The notes: generated by a model from the letters alone, not told the origin. A DNA stretch of 40,750 nt from Deltaproteobacteria bacterium (GCA_011390535.1 JAABSF010000001.1:1-40750); one strand, 5' to 3'; positions 1 to 11,614 are shown, numbered from the stretch's first letter. Translations and numbers: made by a program.

Positions 1-111
1 AGAAAAATTGCCGAGTTAAAAAAACCGGATTTGAACGCAAATGATGTGGAAGCTGGTGCTCGTATTATCGCTGGTACCGCTCGATCAATGGGGATCGATG
101 TTGTGAATTGA
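1..111 (+). CDS. rplK: 50S ribosomal protein L11, C-terminal fragment (5' end lies outside the window)
   Basis: Frame 1 translates to [36 protein letters not shown]-stop, which matches the conserved L11 C-terminus. It sits directly upstream of rplA, as in the canonical cluster. Confidence 0.85.
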   Translation, partial: RKIAELKKPDLNANDVEAGARIIAGTARSMGIDVVN

Positions 112-184
112 TTTTCAGCATCTGTTCGGTGACCACCCCGATATAGGTGGGAGATGTCTTTTATAGACTTCGAAAGGATGTAAG

Positions 185-892
185 ATGGCCAAACACGGAA
201 AAAAATATGATAAGGCGCGAGAAAAAGTTGATCGCGAAAAAAAATACGAACTGGAAGAAGCGGTTGATCTTGTCGTAGAAACAAAAACAGCAAAGTTTGA
301 CGAGACAGTAGATCTCGCAGCAAAATTGGGAGTAAATCCACGACATGCAGATCAAATGGTAAGAGGCGCTGTAGTGCTGCCTCATGGTACCGGAAAATCG
401 GTGAAAGTTCTGGTTTTCGCAAAAGGCGAGAAAATGGAAGAAGCACTTGAAGCCGGTGCTGATTATGCAGGAGAAGATGAATTTGTCGAAAAAGTACAAA
501 ATGGATGGGTAGATTTCGACAAAGCTGTTGCGACACCGGATATGATGGGAAAAGTCGGACGGCTAGGAAAGGTATTGGGTCCTCGTGGGCTGATGCCGAA
601 TCCAAAGGTAGGAACAGTCACTTTTGATGTAGGGAAGGCGGTCTCTGAGTTAAAGGCGGGAAAAGTAGAATATCGAGTAGACAAAGCAGGAATTATTCAT
701 GCTCCGGTGGGGAAGGTCTCCTTTGGCAAGGAAAAGCTGCAAGAAAATGTTAAGGCGTTTTTTGAAGAGCTTTGGAAGAAAAAACCCCAATCTGCAAAAG
801 GTGCCTATTTTAAAAGTGTTACCCTTTCAACAACGATGGGCCCCGGAATTAAGTTGGAACCGGCGAACATCATGACGTTTCTGGTAAAATAG
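185..892 (+). CDS. rplA: 50S ribosomal protein L1
   Basis: 235-aa ORF with an L1-like N-terminus ([16 protein letters not shown]...) and core (...[21 protein letters not shown]..., ...[15 protein letters not shown]...). Position is between rplK and rplJ. Confidence 0.95.
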   Translation: MAKHGKKYDKAREKVDREKKYELEEAVDLVVETKTAKFDETVDLAAKLGVNPRHADQMVRGAVVLPHGTGKSVKVLVFAKGEKMEEALEAGADYAGEDEFVEKVQNGWVDFDKAVATPDMMGKVGRLGKVLGPRGLMPNPKVGTVTFDVGKAVSELKAGKVEYRVDKAGIIHAPVGKVSFGKEKLQENVKAFFEELWKKKPQSAKGAYFKSVTLSTTMGPGIKLEPANIMTFLVK

Positions 893-987
893 TCGAGTTT
901 TTCAGGAAAAGGATTCGAAAAACGCATCCAAGTCACCGTTGTTTATTGTAGTAAGCAAACGGTAATGACCTAAGGGAGTAATGAGTC

Positions 988-1500
988 ATGAATAGAAACG
1001 AGAAGCAGCAAGAAGTCGAGTTCCTTCGTGAGGCTTTGTTAGATGTTAATGCGCTGTTTCTTGCAGACTACCGCGGTATCACCGTTGAAGAAGCAAACAC
1101 GATGCGGCGGGAGTTTCGAGAGAAAGATTGTAGCTATAAAGTAATTAAAAATTCTCTGTTGAAAAGAGCAATAAAAGATACACCATTGGAAGAGCTTTCT
1201 GATTTGCTGAGCGGACCTACCGCAATGGCCTATTCCAAGGGTGATCCTATTCAACCAGCCAAAGTGCTCGTCAAGTATGAGAAAGAATATAAGCCCTTTA
1301 AAATTAAAGGCGCTTTTTTTGAAGGCTACCGAACACCGGAGGAAGTGATCAGTTTATCGAAGATGCCGGGCAAAGATGAGCTTCGCTCTAAATTGCTGGC
1401 TACGATGCTGGCGGCACCTCAAAATCTGTTACGTCTCTTGTTGGCGGCACCTCAGAGATTCCTCATGGTGATTGATGCTCGCAAGAGAGATTTAGAATAG
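988..1500 (+). CDS. rplJ: 50S ribosomal protein L10
   Basis: 170-aa ORF with L10-like sequence (...LFLADYRGITVEEANTMRREFRE...) and GGGAG 8 nt upstream of the ATG. Position is between rplA and rplL. Confidence 0.93.
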   Translation: MNRNEKQQEVEFLREALLDVNALFLADYRGITVEEANTMRREFREKDCSYKVIKNSLLKRAIKDTPLEELSDLLSGPTAMAYSKGDPIQPAKVLVKYEKEYKPFKIKGAFFEGYRTPEEVISLSKMPGKDELRSKLLATMLAAPQNLLRLLLAAPQRFLMVIDARKRDLE

Positions 1501-1589
1501 TTTTGTTTTCATAACGAAAAACAAGGAACCCCCTTTTTTGTATTTAGGAAGGTCGATAAAAGAGCGACCTTCAAGGAGGAAGTAGAGAG

Positions 1590-1967
1590 ATGTCCATTAC
1601 TGAAGAACAGGTCATCGAGTATCTCAGTGAACTCAATGTTATGGATCTGGCAAATTTAGTTAAAACGCTTGAAGACAAGTGGGGTGTAGAAGCTGCACCA
1701 GCGGCGGTGGCGGCAGCTATGCCGGCCGGCGGAGCCCAAGAAGCTGCGGAAGAACAGACAGAGTTTGATGTTGTCCTTACCGATGTGGGGAGCAAGAAAA
1801 TTCAGGTCATTAAAGCGGTCCGCGAGATCACGAGTTTGGGACTCAAGGAAGCAAAGGAAATGGTTGAAAGTGCTCCCAAGGCGATCAAGGAAGCTGTTTC
1901 CAAAGACGAGGCCGAAGAAGTCAAAAAGAAACTGGAAGAGGCGGGAGCTAGCGTGGAGATCAAGTAG
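1590..1967 (+). CDS. rplL: 50S ribosomal protein L7/L12
   Basis: 125-aa ORF with an N-terminal dimerisation helix, an Ala-rich hinge ([21 protein letters not shown]) and the hallmark C-terminal domain (...[28 protein letters not shown]...EAGASVEIK). There is a strong AAGGAGGA RBS. Confidence 0.96.
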   Translation: MSITEEQVIEYLSELNVMDLANLVKTLEDKWGVEAAPAAVAAAMPAGGAQEAAEEQTEFDVVLTDVGSKKIQVIKAVREITSLGLKEAKEMVESAPKAIKEAVSKDEAEEVKKKLEEAGASVEIK

Positions 1968-2036
1968 TCGTTTGTACTTGGGTAACGACTTAGACTTTGT
2001 TAAACGGTCAATCAGGCCGATGACCGCTCATTTAAA

Positions 2037-2096
2037 CGCGGCGCTTGGACGGGTTTGTTCAGAGACTTGTCCAAGGGTCGCGTTTTGTATTTTTTG
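2037..2096 (+). terminator. rplL-rpoB intergenic stem-loop plus T-tract (intrinsic terminator/attenuator candidate)
   Basis: CGCGGCGCTTGGAC (2037-2050) pairs with GTCCAAGGGTCGCG (2069-2082): 12 Watson-Crick pairs, 1 GU and 1 mismatch, with an 18-nt loop. It is followed by TTTTGTATTTTTTG (2083-2096). An attenuator occupies the same position in the E. coli rplJL-rpoBC operon. Confidence 0.55.
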
Positions 2097-2127
2097 TGCG
2101 GTTGGTCGGGTATAAGAGAGGGTCTCG

Positions 2128-5100
2128 ATGGCGACTTTGATCCAAAAGAATTTTCGTGTGCGGAAGACCTTCGGCAAGATCGAAAGCAGTATAGATCTTC
2201 CAAACTTAATCGAGATACAGAAACGGTCTTATGGGAAATTCCTTCAAACGGATATTCCTGTTGAAGATCGTGAAGATACAGGGCTACAAGCGGTTTTTAA
2301 GAGTGTTTTTCCAATTCAGGATTACACGGGTACATCTTCCTTGGAGTTTGTCTCATATAGTCTAGGTATTCCGAAATACGATGTAAACGAATGTCGACAA
2401 AGAGGTATGAACTTTGCCGCTCCCATCAAGGTGTTAATTCGTTTACTCATTTGGGATACAAATGAAGATTCAGGGGCACGATCTATAAGGGATGTCAAAG
2501 AGCAAGAGGTCTATTTTGGAGAGATCCCTCTGATGACTGAAAACGGGACATTTATTATAAATGGAACCGAGAGAGTAGTAGTCAGTCAGCTTCACCGAAG
2601 CCCCGGAGTGTTCTTTGACCATGACAAAGGAAAAACTCACTCGTCAGGTAAACTTCTGTATTCCGCAAGAGTAATACCTTACCGCGGGAGTTGGTTGGAT
2701 TTTGAATTTGATCCGAAAGACCGTCTCCATGTTCGAATCGACAGGAGGAGGAAGCTTTTTGCAACGGTCTTATTACGGGCTCTTGGATTTACAACCCAAG
2801 AACTACTGGACTACTTCTACGAAAAGGAAACTATTTATCTCGACTCTGGGAAGAAATGTCACAAGAGCCTAGAGTTTGACCTCTTGGCCGGGCAGAGGGC
2901 TACCCGCGATATCCGTCATCCGGATACACGAGAGATCATTGTTAAAAAGAACAGAAAGTTTTCTCATGGTGCCATCAAGCGGTTAAAGGCGGCCAAAGTT
3001 AAGAGTGTCCCCGTAGATCCAAAAGATTTGGTCGGCAAAGTTTGTGCTGAAGATATTGTTGATGAAGAGACCGGTGAGGTGTTGGTTAGGTGTAACGAAG
3101 AAATCACTGAAGCCAAGATGGAAGAGATGAGGTTGTACGGTGTCAAGAGTTTTAAGATTCTCTTTATCGATGGTCTAAATGTCGGCTCGTTTTTAAGAGA
3201 CACTCTTAATGACGACAAGGCCACCACTACGGAAGAAGCACTAATAGAGATCTATAGAAGGCTTCGACCAGGTGATCCACCTACACTTGAAGCGGCTAAT
3301 ACCTTTTTTGAGAATTTGTTTTTCAACCCTGACCGGTATGACTTGTCTCGTGTCGGAAGGCTGAAAATGAATTACAAATTCAAGTTAGATGAACCTCTGG
3401 ATAATACGATCCTTACAAAGCGCGATATTTTGGAGACAGTTAAGTATCTCATAGAGTTGAGAAGTGATCGTGGTTCTATTGACGATATTGATCACCTTGG
3501 AAATAGACGAGTAAGAGCTGTTGGTGAGCTTTTAGAGAATCAGTATCGTATCGGTTTGGTAAGAATGGAGAGGGCGATCAGGGAACGAATGAGCATGTCT
3601 CAGGAGATAGAGACTCTCATGCCTCAGGATTTGATCAACGCAAAGCCTGTCTCCGCTGTTGTAAAAGAATATTTTGGATCTTCGCAATTGAGTCAATTTA
3701 TGGACCAGACAAATCCACTGTCTGAGGTTACCCATAAAAGAAGACTCTCAGCACTTGGTCCTGGAGGTTTGGCACGGGAACGTGCCGGGTTTGAAGTAAG
3801 AGATGTGCACGCAACGCACTATGGTCGAATATGTCCAATCGAGACACCTGAGGGACCGAACATTGGCCTGATAGCATCTCTTTCTACCTATGCACGAGTG
3901 AATGAGTTTGGTTTTATCGAGACTCCATATCGCAAAGTCGAAAAAGGTCAGGTTACGGATGATGTGCGTTTCTACAGCGCACTAGAAGAAGAAGGCCATT
4001 ACATAGCTCAGGCTACAACAGAGCTGGATAAAAATGGTAGAATCAAAGAAGAAAATGTTTCCGCTCGTTATTATGGTGACTTTATAATCGTTCCTGCGGA
4101 ACAGATTTCATTGATGGATGTTTCCCCAAGTCAGCTGGTTTCTGTCGCTGCTTCTTTGGTTCCTTTCCTTGAAAACGATGACGCGAACCGTGCGTTAATG
4201 GGCTCCAATATGCAACGGCAGGCTGTTCCCCTTGTTTATACAAGAGCTCCCTTGATTGGAACCGGCATGGAAAAGGTTGTTGCCCGGGACTCCGGTGTTA
4301 CGGTAGTAGCTAAAAGAGACGGTGTGGTGGAATCTGTCAGCGCCGGTCGCATTGTAGTCAAACCTGATGAAGCAACAGAAGGACCCGATGCGTTTTCTGC
4401 AAAACCGGATATCTATGAGTTGGTGAAGTTTCAACGGAGCAATCAAAATACCTGCATCAATCAGAAGCCTATTGTGATAAAAAATGATCGCATAAACAAG
4501 GGTGATGTTATCGCAGATGGCCCTGCGACTGATTCAGGAGAGCTTGCCTTAGGACAGAATGTGTTGGTGGCTTTTATGCCTTGGGGTGGATACAACTTCG
4601 AAGATTCGATTTTGGTTTCAGAGCGGTTGGTTAAAGAGGAAGTGTTTACTTCGATACACATAGAAGAGTTTGAATGTATAGCTAGAGACACCAAGCTCGG
4701 CAAAGAAGAAGTCACTAGAGATATTCCCAATGTTGGTGAAGAGGCGCTCAAAGATTTAGATGAAAGCGGGATCGTCAGGGTAGGTGCCGAGGTGGAGAGC
4801 GGGGACCTTTTGGTGGGAAAGATTACTCCGAAGGGAGAGACGCAGCTCAGTCCCGAAGAGAAATTACTTAGAGCGATTTTTGGAGAAAAAGCCGGTGATG
4901 TTCGAGACACATCTCTAAAGGTGCCGCCGGGAGTACAAGGGATAGTAATCAACGCAAAAGTTTTTACCCGTAAAGGCACTGAGCGAGACGAGAGAGCCAA
5001 AGACATCGAAGATCAGGAGAGAGAGAAGCTGCTCACCGACGAAAGGGATGAGAGGAAAATTGTAGCCCAGAGCTATTATGCGAGAATGCGAAAACTTTTG

Positions 5101-6303
5101 TTGGGTAGAACTACAGCGGCTAAGCTGGTGGATGACAAAGGAAAGGTCCTCTGTGGCAAGAATAAAAGAATCGATAGCAACACCCTGGAAACAGTTCCTT
5201 CGCGTTACTGGAGAGAGTTTCAGTTGGAGGGTACAGGCCAAGTAGAAGAAAAAATCGAACAATTGGCAACCCGCATGGAAGAGGATCTAAAAGATGTAGA
5301 GATTTTCTACCAAGAAAAAATCGAAAAACTTTCTAAGGGAGATGAGCTTCCTCCTGGTGTTATCAAAATGGTCAAAGTATATGTGGCCATAAAAAGAAAA
5401 CTGTCGGTTGGCGATAAAATGGCAGGTCGTCACGGGAATAAAGGGGTAATCAGCCGGATTTTGCCCGAAGAGGATATGCCTTATTTGGAAGATGGAACCC
5501 CTATGGATATTGTGTTGAATCCTTTGGGTGTTCCTTCCCGAATGAACGTCGGTCAAATTTTGGAGACTCACCTTGGATGGGCAGCTCTTGAGCTGGGTCG
5601 TCAGATAGACGCTTATTTGGAGACCCACTGGAATTCAGAGGTTTTGAGAGAGCAATTGAAGAAAATGTATCCAACAGAGAGAGCCCACAAGTTTTTGGAT
5701 CGTTTAGATGAAGAAGATGTAGGAAGGTTCGCTGTTAAGCTGACAAGAGGAATGCATTTGGCGACACCTGTTTTTGACGGTGCATGTGAAGAAGAGACAA
5801 AAGAAGCATTGAAAATGGCCGGCCTACCATTGAACGGCAAAGCGGTTTTGTTTGATGGAAGAACCGGAGAGGCCTTTGATCATGATGTTACGGTGGGCAT
5901 CATGTATATGTTGAAATTGCATCATCTGGTGGACGATAAAATACATGCTAGGTCTATAGGCCCGTATTCATTAGTTACTCAGCAACCCCTCGGTGGAAAA
6001 GCACAATTCGGGGGTCAACGCTTGGGAGAGATGGAGGTCTGGGCCATGGAGGCATACGGTGCTGCGTATGCGTTGCAAGAGTTCTTGACCGTTAAGTCAG
6101 ACGATGTATCCGGCAGAACTCGCATGTATGAGTCCATAGTTAAAGGTGACCATTCAATTGAGGCAGGATTGCCGGAATCGTTCAATGTTTTAATGCGTGA
6201 GCTGCAGAGTTTGTGTTTAAATATTGAACTGTTGGAAACATCTGAGGGTGTGCCTTCGGCAGTTGTTGGAGAACAAGCCACCGGCCCCGGCTTTGTTATA
6301 TGA
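2128..6303 (+). CDS. rpoB: DNA-directed RNA polymerase subunit beta
   Basis: 1391-aa ORF with conserved beta-subunit blocks: ...[30 protein letters not shown]..., ...NMQRQAVPL..., ...[19 protein letters not shown]..., ...[45 protein letters not shown]... Confidence 0.99.
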   Translation: MATLIQKNFRVRKTFGKIESSIDLPNLIEIQKRSYGKFLQTDIPVEDREDTGLQAVFKSVFPIQDYTGTSSLEFVSYSLGIPKYDVNECRQRGMNFAAPIKVLIRLLIWDTNEDSGARSIRDVKEQEVYFGEIPLMTENGTFIINGTERVVVSQLHRSPGVFFDHDKGKTHSSGKLLYSARVIPYRGSWLDFEFDPKDRLHVRIDRRRKLFATVLLRALGFTTQELLDYFYEKETIYLDSGKKCHKSLEFDLLAGQRATRDIRHPDTREIIVKKNRKFSHGAIKRLKAAKVKSVPVDPKDLVGKVCAEDIVDEETGEVLVRCNEEITEAKMEEMRLYGVKSFKILFIDGLNVGSFLRDTLNDDKATTTEEALIEIYRRLRPGDPPTLEAANTFFENLFFNPDRYDLSRVGRLKMNYKFKLDEPLDNTILTKRDILETVKYLIELRSDRGSIDDIDHLGNRRVRAVGELLENQYRIGLVRMERAIRERMSMSQEIETLMPQDLINAKPVSAVVKEYFGSSQLSQFMDQTNPLSEVTHKRRLSALGPGGLARERAGFEVRDVHATHYGRICPIETPEGPNIGLIASLSTYARVNEFGFIETPYRKVEKGQVTDDVRFYSALEEEGHYIAQATTELDKNGRIKEENVSARYYGDFIIVPAEQISLMDVSPSQLVSVAASLVPFLENDDANRALMGSNMQRQAVPLVYTRAPLIGTGMEKVVARDSGVTVVAKRDGVVESVSAGRIVVKPDEATEGPDAFSAKPDIYELVKFQRSNQNTCINQKPIVIKNDRINKGDVIADGPATDSGELALGQNVLVAFMPWGGYNFEDSILVSERLVKEEVFTSIHIEEFECIARDTKLGKEEVTRDIPNVGEEALKDLDESGIVRVGAEVESGDLLVGKITPKGETQLSPEEKLLRAIFGEKAGDVRDTSLKVPPGVQGIVINAKVFTRKGTERDERAKDIEDQEREKLLTDERDERKIVAQSYYARMRKLLLGRTTAAKLVDDKGKVLCGKNKRIDSNTLETVPSRYWREFQLEGTGQVEEKIEQLATRMEEDLKDVEIFYQEKIEKLSKGDELPPGVIKMVKVYVAIKRKLSVGDKMAGRHGNKGVISRILPEEDMPYLEDGTPMDIVLNPLGVPSRMNVGQILETHLGWAALELGRQIDAYLETHWNSEVLREQLKKMYPTERAHKFLDRLDEEDVGRFAVKLTRGMHLATPVFDGACEEETKEALKMAGLPLNGKAVLFDGRTGEAFDHDVTVGIMYMLKLHHLVDDKIHARSIGPYSLVTQQPLGGKAQFGGQRLGEMEVWAMEAYGAAYALQEFLTVKSDDVSGRTRMYESIVKGDHSIEAGLPESFNVLMRELQSLCLNIELLETSEGVPSAVVGEQATGPGFVI

Positions 6304-6328
6304 TCTAAATAGGATCTCGTTGAGATCC

Positions 6329-6475
6329 GGACAAACATGCTCGCAGGGCCGCCGAGGCACTCGCCAGGCAAGGCGCTGGCGAGCAGCCGGCACAGCGTAC
6401 TTGAGGTACGTGAGCAGGCAGCACAGAGAGCAACGCAGCATGGCGGGAAGGATCGGCCGGTCAATGTGAGCGTGT
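6329..6475 (+). other. GC-rich structured island inside the 209-nt rpoB-rpoC spacer (function unknown)
   Basis: By hand count, 83 of 120 bases (69%) in 6341-6460 are G+C, against 43% in a 60-nt sample of adjacent rpoC. There is a perfect 8-bp hairpin, CTCGCCAG (6360-6367) with CTGGCGAG (6376-6383), flanked by GCCG...CGGC. A separate 7-bp hairpin, GGATCTC-GTT-GAGATCC, lies at 6312-6328. Confidence 0.4.
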
Positions 6476-6512
6476 TTAGTTTTTAACCTCTATTGGCGAG
6501 GAGATAGGTGTC

Positions 6513-9500
6513 ATGAAAGACATCTTTAGTTTCTTTGAGAAACCGAAAGACCCACTTAGTTTTAATGCGATTCGAATATCTTTGGCTTCCCCAGAGACCA
6601 TTAGAGAGTGGTCTCATGGAGAGGTAAAAAAACCAGAGACCATCAATTATAGAACGTTCAAACCCGAACGTGATGGTCTTTTTTGTGCCAAGATATTTGG
6701 ACCTGTAAAAGATTACGAGTGCAACTGCGGCAAATATAAACGAATGAAGCACAGAGGTGTGGTGTGCGAGAAGTGTGGTGTCGAGGTTATAGCCTCGAAG
6801 GTTAGAAGAGAGAGGATGGGACACATCAATCTGGCTACGCCGGTTGCCCATATATGGTTTCTTAAGTCTCTTCCCTCTAGAATAGGAAACCTTCTTGATA
6901 TACCGATAAAACAGCTCGAAAAAGTTCTTTATTGTGAGGCCTATATAGTAACGGATCCAGGCGAGACTTCTCTTCATGCAGGAGATCTTCTAACAGAAGA
7001 AGATTATCAGATGGCATGTGATAAGTTTGGTGACGGAACCTTTGAGGCCGGCATGGGTGGTGATGCTGTTCACAAAATGCTTATGACTGTGGATATAGAG
7101 ACCCTCTCTGTAGAGCTTCGCCGTGAAATGAAAGAGACCAAGAGCGAAGCTAAGCGCAAAAAGATTGCAAAAAGACTCTCAGTTGTTAACGCATTCCGTG
7201 AGTCGGGGAATAGGCCTGAATGGATGATGCTGGAGGTTATCCCAGTTATTCCACCGGATCTTAGGCCCTTAGTTCCTTTAGATGGGGGACGTTTTGCGAC
7301 GAGTGATTTGAATGACCTGTATCGAAGAGTTATTAACCGGAATAATAGGCTGAAGAGGCTTAAGGAACTAAATGCTCCGGATATCATAATTCGGAATGAG
7401 AAGCGGATGCTTCAAGAAGCAGTGGACGCTCTCTTTGACAACGGCCGGAGAGGGAAAACGATTATTGGTCCCAATAAACGTCCTTTGAAGTCATTGAGTG
7501 ACATGTTACGTGGCAAGCAAGGAAGGTTTAGACAAAACCTTCTTGGCAAGCGAGTCGATTACTCAGGTCGTTCTGTTATTGTTGTTGGGCCTCAGCTTAA
7601 ATTGCATCAGTGTGGATTGCCTAAGAAGATGGCTTTGGAGCTCTTTAAACCGTTTATTTACAATAAACTGGAAGAGAGAGGGTTGGCGACCACCATTAAA
7701 AGCGCAAAGAAAATGGTGGAAAAGGAAAAATCCGAAGTATGGGATATTTTGGAAGAGGTCAGTAAAGAACACCCTGTTTTACTGAATCGAGCTCCTACTC
7801 TTCATCGTTTAGGCATCCAAGCTTTTGAGCCGGTGCTGATAGAAGGCAAGGCTATACAATTACATCCTTTGGTATGTGCTGCTTTTAATGCGGATTTTGA
7901 TGGCGATCAAATGGCTGTTCATGTTCCTTTGTCTTTGGAAGCACAGGTTGAGGCACGTGTTTTGATGATGTCAACGAATAATATCCTCAGCCCGGCCAAT
8001 GGTAAACCCATTATCATTCCTAGCCAGGATATTGTTTTGGGTTTGTATTATTTGACACGTCAACGGCCGTTTTCAAAAGGTGAGTATAATCCTAAAAACA
8101 AGGGTATGCAGATCCGCGGTGTTTATTCAAGCCCGGACGAGGTTCGAATAGCTTATGACCATGGACAGGTGGCTTTGCACGCAGCCATAAAGGTTCGTAT
8201 TGACGGTAAAATGGTTGATACAACGGTGGGCAGGGTTATTCTGTACGAGATCGTTCCTAAACAGCTTCCTTTCGAGTTTATAAACAAGGTTATGACAAAA
8301 AAACAACTCGCAGAGCTGATAGACAAGAGTTACAGAAGGAGTGGAGAAAAAGAAACGGTCATCTTGGCAGATAAATTGAGAACTCTTGGTTATGAGTATT
8401 CAACTAAGGCAGGAATTTCTATTTGTATAGAGGACATGGAGATTCCATCCAAAAAGAAAGTCTTCCTTTCTTCAGCCATGGCTTCTGTGTCTGAGATCGA
8501 AGAGCAGTATACTGAAGGTCTGATTACTAATGGAGAGCGGTATAATAAGCTCGTTGATATTTGGGCGCAAGTTGCTGAGCAGATTTCAAATGAGATGATG
8601 CGGGAGATTGGGACAGAGACTATTGTGAATCATGAGACAAAAGAATCTGTTACAACGGCAAGCTTTAATTCCATTTACATAATGGCGGACTCCGGAGCAC
8701 GAGGGTCGGCACAGCAAATCAAGCAATTGGCGGGGATGAGAGGATTGATGGCAAAACCATCAGGTGAGATAATTGAAACTCCCATTACGACAAATTTCCG
8801 TGAGGGACTGAGTGTCTTGGAGTATTTTACTTCTACCCATGGGGCTCGTAAGGGTTTGGCTGATACAGCGCTCAAGACAGCGAACAGCGGGTATTTGACT
8901 CGACGGCTGGTGGATGTCTCTCAAGATGCCGTAATTACAGAGCATGATTGCGGTACCTTGGAAGGAATAGAAGTGACGGCGCTGGTCGAAGGCGGCGAGA
9001 TCATCGAACGCTTAGGGGATCGGATTTTGGGGCGTATAGCTCTTGAAGATGTTCGAGATCCTTATACTGACGAGATCCTTGTACAAGGCAATGAAGAAAT
9101 CGATGAAGAAAAGGTTAGGTTGCTTGAAGACAAGGGTATCGACCGAGTAAAGATTAGATCCGTTTTAACTTGTCAGGCTGCACGAGGGATTTGTTGTTTG
9201 TGCTATGGCCGAGATCTGGCTAGGGGGCATATAGTTGATGTAGGAGAGGCTGTTGGTGTTATTGCGGCTCAATCCATTGGAGAACCCGGGACTCAGCTGA
9301 CGATGCGGACCTTCCATATTGGAGGCATTGGGCAGGTGAGAACAGAGCAATCTACATTAGAGTGTCGATACGAAGGACGTGTTAGATTTGAAAACGCCGA
9401 CATGGTTCAAGGGCGTGATGGAAATCTAGTCGTAATGAACAGACATGGTGAGATTGTTATTCAAGATGACACAGGAAGAGAGCGTGAGCGATATGGACTT

Positions 9501-10712
9501 ACTTATGGAGCAAAATCGCTCGTAAAGGAAGGTGATTGGGTAAAACCTGGAACTATGATTTGTGAGTGGGATCCTTTCTCTTCTCCTATTGTTACAGAGA
9601 TTAGAGGGATAATCAAATTTGGGGATGTTATCGAAGGGGTCACGGTCAAAGAAGAACTGGATGCCAATACCGGCTTGTCCAGAAAGGTCATTATTGAATC
9701 TACTGATCCGGATGCCCGTCCAAGGATTTCCATCAAGGATGAAGATGGGAACACAAAACTGCTCTCTAATGGTGCTGATGCGAGATATTTCCTTCCTGTA
9801 GGAGCTAATATATTTGTAACTGAAGGAGAAGAGGTTATATCTGGTGATGTTCTGGCGAAAATCCCCAGGGAGACTACAAAGACGAAGGATATTACCGGTG
9901 GTCTTCCCAGAGTAGCCGAGCTTTTCGAAGCCAGAAAACCCAAGGAATATGCGGTTATTAGTCATATAGACGGAGTCGTATCTTTTGGAAAAGACACGAA
10001 AGGAAAACGAAAAGTAGTTGTTACACCTGATGTTGGCGAGGCTCAGGAATATCTGATTTCAAAAGGAAAGCATGTTTCAGTGAGGGAGGGCGATTGGGTT
10101 CGTGCCGGTGAGAGGTTAATGGAAGGGGCTGAAAACCCACACGATATTCTTTTGGTTTTGGGCGAAAAAGCGCTGGCTAAGTATCTCGTGGATGAAGTGC
10201 AGGAGGTTTACAGACTTCAAGGTGTCGGTATCAATGACAAGCACATTGAGATCATAGTGAGGCAAATGCTTCGCCGTATCCAAATAACGGATGTGGGCGA
10301 CACGAGCTTCTTGATAGATGAGCCTGTTGAGAAAAATGTATTTGAGGAAGAAAACAGGAGAGTGATTGCCACAGGCGGAAAACCGGCGGTTGGCGATCCC
10401 CTCCTTTTAGGAATTACAAAAGCATCTCTTAGCACCGAGAGCTTCTTGTCGGCATCAAGTTTTCAAGAAACCACGAAAGTACTTACAGAAGCTGCTATCA
10501 AGGGAAAAACTGATTATCTGAGAGGCCTAAAAGAAAATGTTTTGATGGGTAGACTCATTCCTGCCGGAACTGGTCTGGGCGCCTACAAACGCCTCACAAT
10601 GCATGTAGATTATCCTGAAGAAGAGTTTTTTGGAGAAGGAAAAGGCTTTAATGAAGATGAAGAACTGGATTCTGATGAAGATCCTGAATTTGCATCTGTA
10701 AGCGAAGAATAA
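6513..10712 (+). CDS. rpoC: DNA-directed RNA polymerase subunit beta'
   Basis: 1399-aa ORF with the Zn-binding [23 protein letters not shown], the catalytic [16 protein letters not shown] motif and conserved trigger-loop/bridge-helix regions. GGAG precedes the ATG. Confidence 0.99.
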   Translation: MKDIFSFFEKPKDPLSFNAIRISLASPETIREWSHGEVKKPETINYRTFKPERDGLFCAKIFGPVKDYECNCGKYKRMKHRGVVCEKCGVEVIASKVRRERMGHINLATPVAHIWFLKSLPSRIGNLLDIPIKQLEKVLYCEAYIVTDPGETSLHAGDLLTEEDYQMACDKFGDGTFEAGMGGDAVHKMLMTVDIETLSVELRREMKETKSEAKRKKIAKRLSVVNAFRESGNRPEWMMLEVIPVIPPDLRPLVPLDGGRFATSDLNDLYRRVINRNNRLKRLKELNAPDIIIRNEKRMLQEAVDALFDNGRRGKTIIGPNKRPLKSLSDMLRGKQGRFRQNLLGKRVDYSGRSVIVVGPQLKLHQCGLPKKMALELFKPFIYNKLEERGLATTIKSAKKMVEKEKSEVWDILEEVSKEHPVLLNRAPTLHRLGIQAFEPVLIEGKAIQLHPLVCAAFNADFDGDQMAVHVPLSLEAQVEARVLMMSTNNILSPANGKPIIIPSQDIVLGLYYLTRQRPFSKGEYNPKNKGMQIRGVYSSPDEVRIAYDHGQVALHAAIKVRIDGKMVDTTVGRVILYEIVPKQLPFEFINKVMTKKQLAELIDKSYRRSGEKETVILADKLRTLGYEYSTKAGISICIEDMEIPSKKKVFLSSAMASVSEIEEQYTEGLITNGERYNKLVDIWAQVAEQISNEMMREIGTETIVNHETKESVTTASFNSIYIMADSGARGSAQQIKQLAGMRGLMAKPSGEIIETPITTNFREGLSVLEYFTSTHGARKGLADTALKTANSGYLTRRLVDVSQDAVITEHDCGTLEGIEVTALVEGGEIIERLGDRILGRIALEDVRDPYTDEILVQGNEEIDEEKVRLLEDKGIDRVKIRSVLTCQAARGICCLCYGRDLARGHIVDVGEAVGVIAAQSIGEPGTQLTMRTFHIGGIGQVRTEQSTLECRYEGRVRFENADMVQGRDGNLVVMNRHGEIVIQDDTGRERERYGLTYGAKSLVKEGDWVKPGTMICEWDPFSSPIVTEIRGIIKFGDVIEGVTVKEELDANTGLSRKVIIESTDPDARPRISIKDEDGNTKLLSNGADARYFLPVGANIFVTEGEEVISGDVLAKIPRETTKTKDITGGLPRVAELFEARKPKEYAVISHIDGVVSFGKDTKGKRKVVVTPDVGEAQEYLISKGKHVSVREGDWVRAGERLMEGAENPHDILLVLGEKALAKYLVDEVQEVYRLQGVGINDKHIEIIVRQMLRRIQITDVGDTSFLIDEPVEKNVFEEENRRVIATGGKPAVGDPLLLGITKASLSTESFLSASSFQETTKVLTEAAIKGKTDYLRGLKENVLMGRLIPAGTGLGAYKRLTMHVDYPEEEFFGEGKGFNEDEELDSDEDPEFASVSEE

Positions 10713-10718
10713 CAGTAT

Positions 10719-11558
10719 TCAACCTGACAGGATTTCTTTAAGCTCTTCGTTTGTGCATAGCTCTTTTTCCACCAGAAAACCTAAAAGTCTTCTCAAAATT
10801 ATCTCATCTCGTTCAATCAAATCCTCTAGGGTTTCAACTCTGGTCTCTATCATTTTGGTTTCTTCTCTGGCGGAGATGAGCTGAGCTTTGAAATCCGTTA
10901 GTTTTCTCTCAATGGATGAGACAGGAGGGTTCTCGCTGGATATGCTGGAAGGCGATCTTGAGACTCTTTCTTTATCTTCAGAAGTTTTTTTGTTTTCCAA
11001 GTAATCGGATGTAATAGTTGTACTTGTCTCAAAATCTTCAGTCGTTAACTCTCTGCCGTCTAAATGAAGTGATGGAGAAATACTGTGCCTGCTACGCGCA
11101 GAGTCTTTCGCTCTCCTCTTCAAGGGAACTCCAAAATACTTTCGCAGCAATCTGTTCAGTGTGCTGTATGTCGTGAAATTGGAACGTATGTTTGATTTGG
11201 TTAATACTCTCAAGTTATCAAGCGTATCTAAATTCAGCGGCTCAACCATAGCTACATCTAAGAAGTTCCCCACAGTTTCTTTGTTGAAAGGAATCAGTTT
11301 GTGGGTTTGGCAAAAAGACAAAGGAACCATATCCAAGACATCTTTTGGTATTTCCCGGTCCTCCAACTCAGCAACGGGGATATGGAGTTGACGACTTAAT
11401 ACAAACACCAAATCAAGTTCTTTGACCAACCCCAGCTCTACCATTATCTGACCTAAGGCTCCACCCCACTGCGCCTGCTCTTTAAGAGCTAGTTGAAGAT
11501 CATCTTCATCAATCAATCCACCATCCACCAAAAGCTCGCCGATTTTTTTTCTTCCCAT
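10719..11558 (-). CDS. Stand-alone GspE-N/MshEN-type domain protein with a Ser-rich linker and a C-terminal coiled-coil tail; candidate c-di-GMP receptor
   Basis: The N-terminal ~140 aa resemble the type II secretion/T4P ATPase N-terminal (T2SSE_N) domain, but no ATPase domain follows. I place the start at the ATG at 11558 (M12 of the tracked ORF), because AAGGAGGA lies 7 nt upstream. The longest ORF runs to 11591. Confidence 0.7.
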   Translation of the reverse strand: MGRKKIGELLVDGGLIDEDDLQLALKEQAQWGGALGQIMVELGLVKELDLVFVLSRQLHIPVAELEDREIPKDVLDMVPLSFCQTHKLIPFNKETVGNFLDVAMVEPLNLDTLDNLRVLTKSNIRSNFTTYSTLNRLLRKYFGVPLKRRAKDSARSRHSISPSLHLDGRELTTEDFETSTTITSDYLENKKTSEDKERVSRSPSSISSENPPVSSIERKLTDFKAQLISAREETKMIETRVETLEDLIERDEIILRRLLGFLVEKELCTNEELKEILSG

Positions 11559-11614
11559 AGACCCTTTCCTCCTTACTGAAGGATACGACAAAAATCAAAG
11601 TCACCGCTTTAACC

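Noticed and set aside
893-987. Possible L10 (rplJ) autoregulatory leader between rplA and rplJ
   Set aside because: This is the expected location, but I could only find a weak bulged 6-bp stem (CCGTTG/CAAACGG). A covariance-model search would be needed to support a call.
1765-2115. 116-aa Lys/Arg-rich ORF overlapping the 3' half of rplL in another frame
   Set aside because: The composition is the frame-shifted image of the Glu/Lys/Ala-rich L7/L12 C-terminal domain. There is no RBS, and it extends through the terminator hairpin.
4461-5006. 181-aa ORF antisense to rpoB, plus similar antisense ORFs at 4915-5262 and 5287-5628
   Set aside because: It lies fully inside the strongly conserved rpoB frame. 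The translation is low-complexity and Ser/Pro/Leu-rich, with no RBS or recognisable family. This is a typical shadow ORF.
6224-6469. 81-aa ORF bridging the rpoB stop and the GC-rich spacer, plus minus-strand ORFs at 6015-6464 and 6217-6441
   Set aside because: They overlap the conserved rpoB C-terminus out of frame. Their openness is explained by the GC richness of the spacer, and they are Arg-rich junk-like sequence.
9426-9965. 179-aa and 146-aa ORFs antisense to rpoC
   Set aside because: These are shadow ORFs within a conserved coding region, with no independent coding signal.
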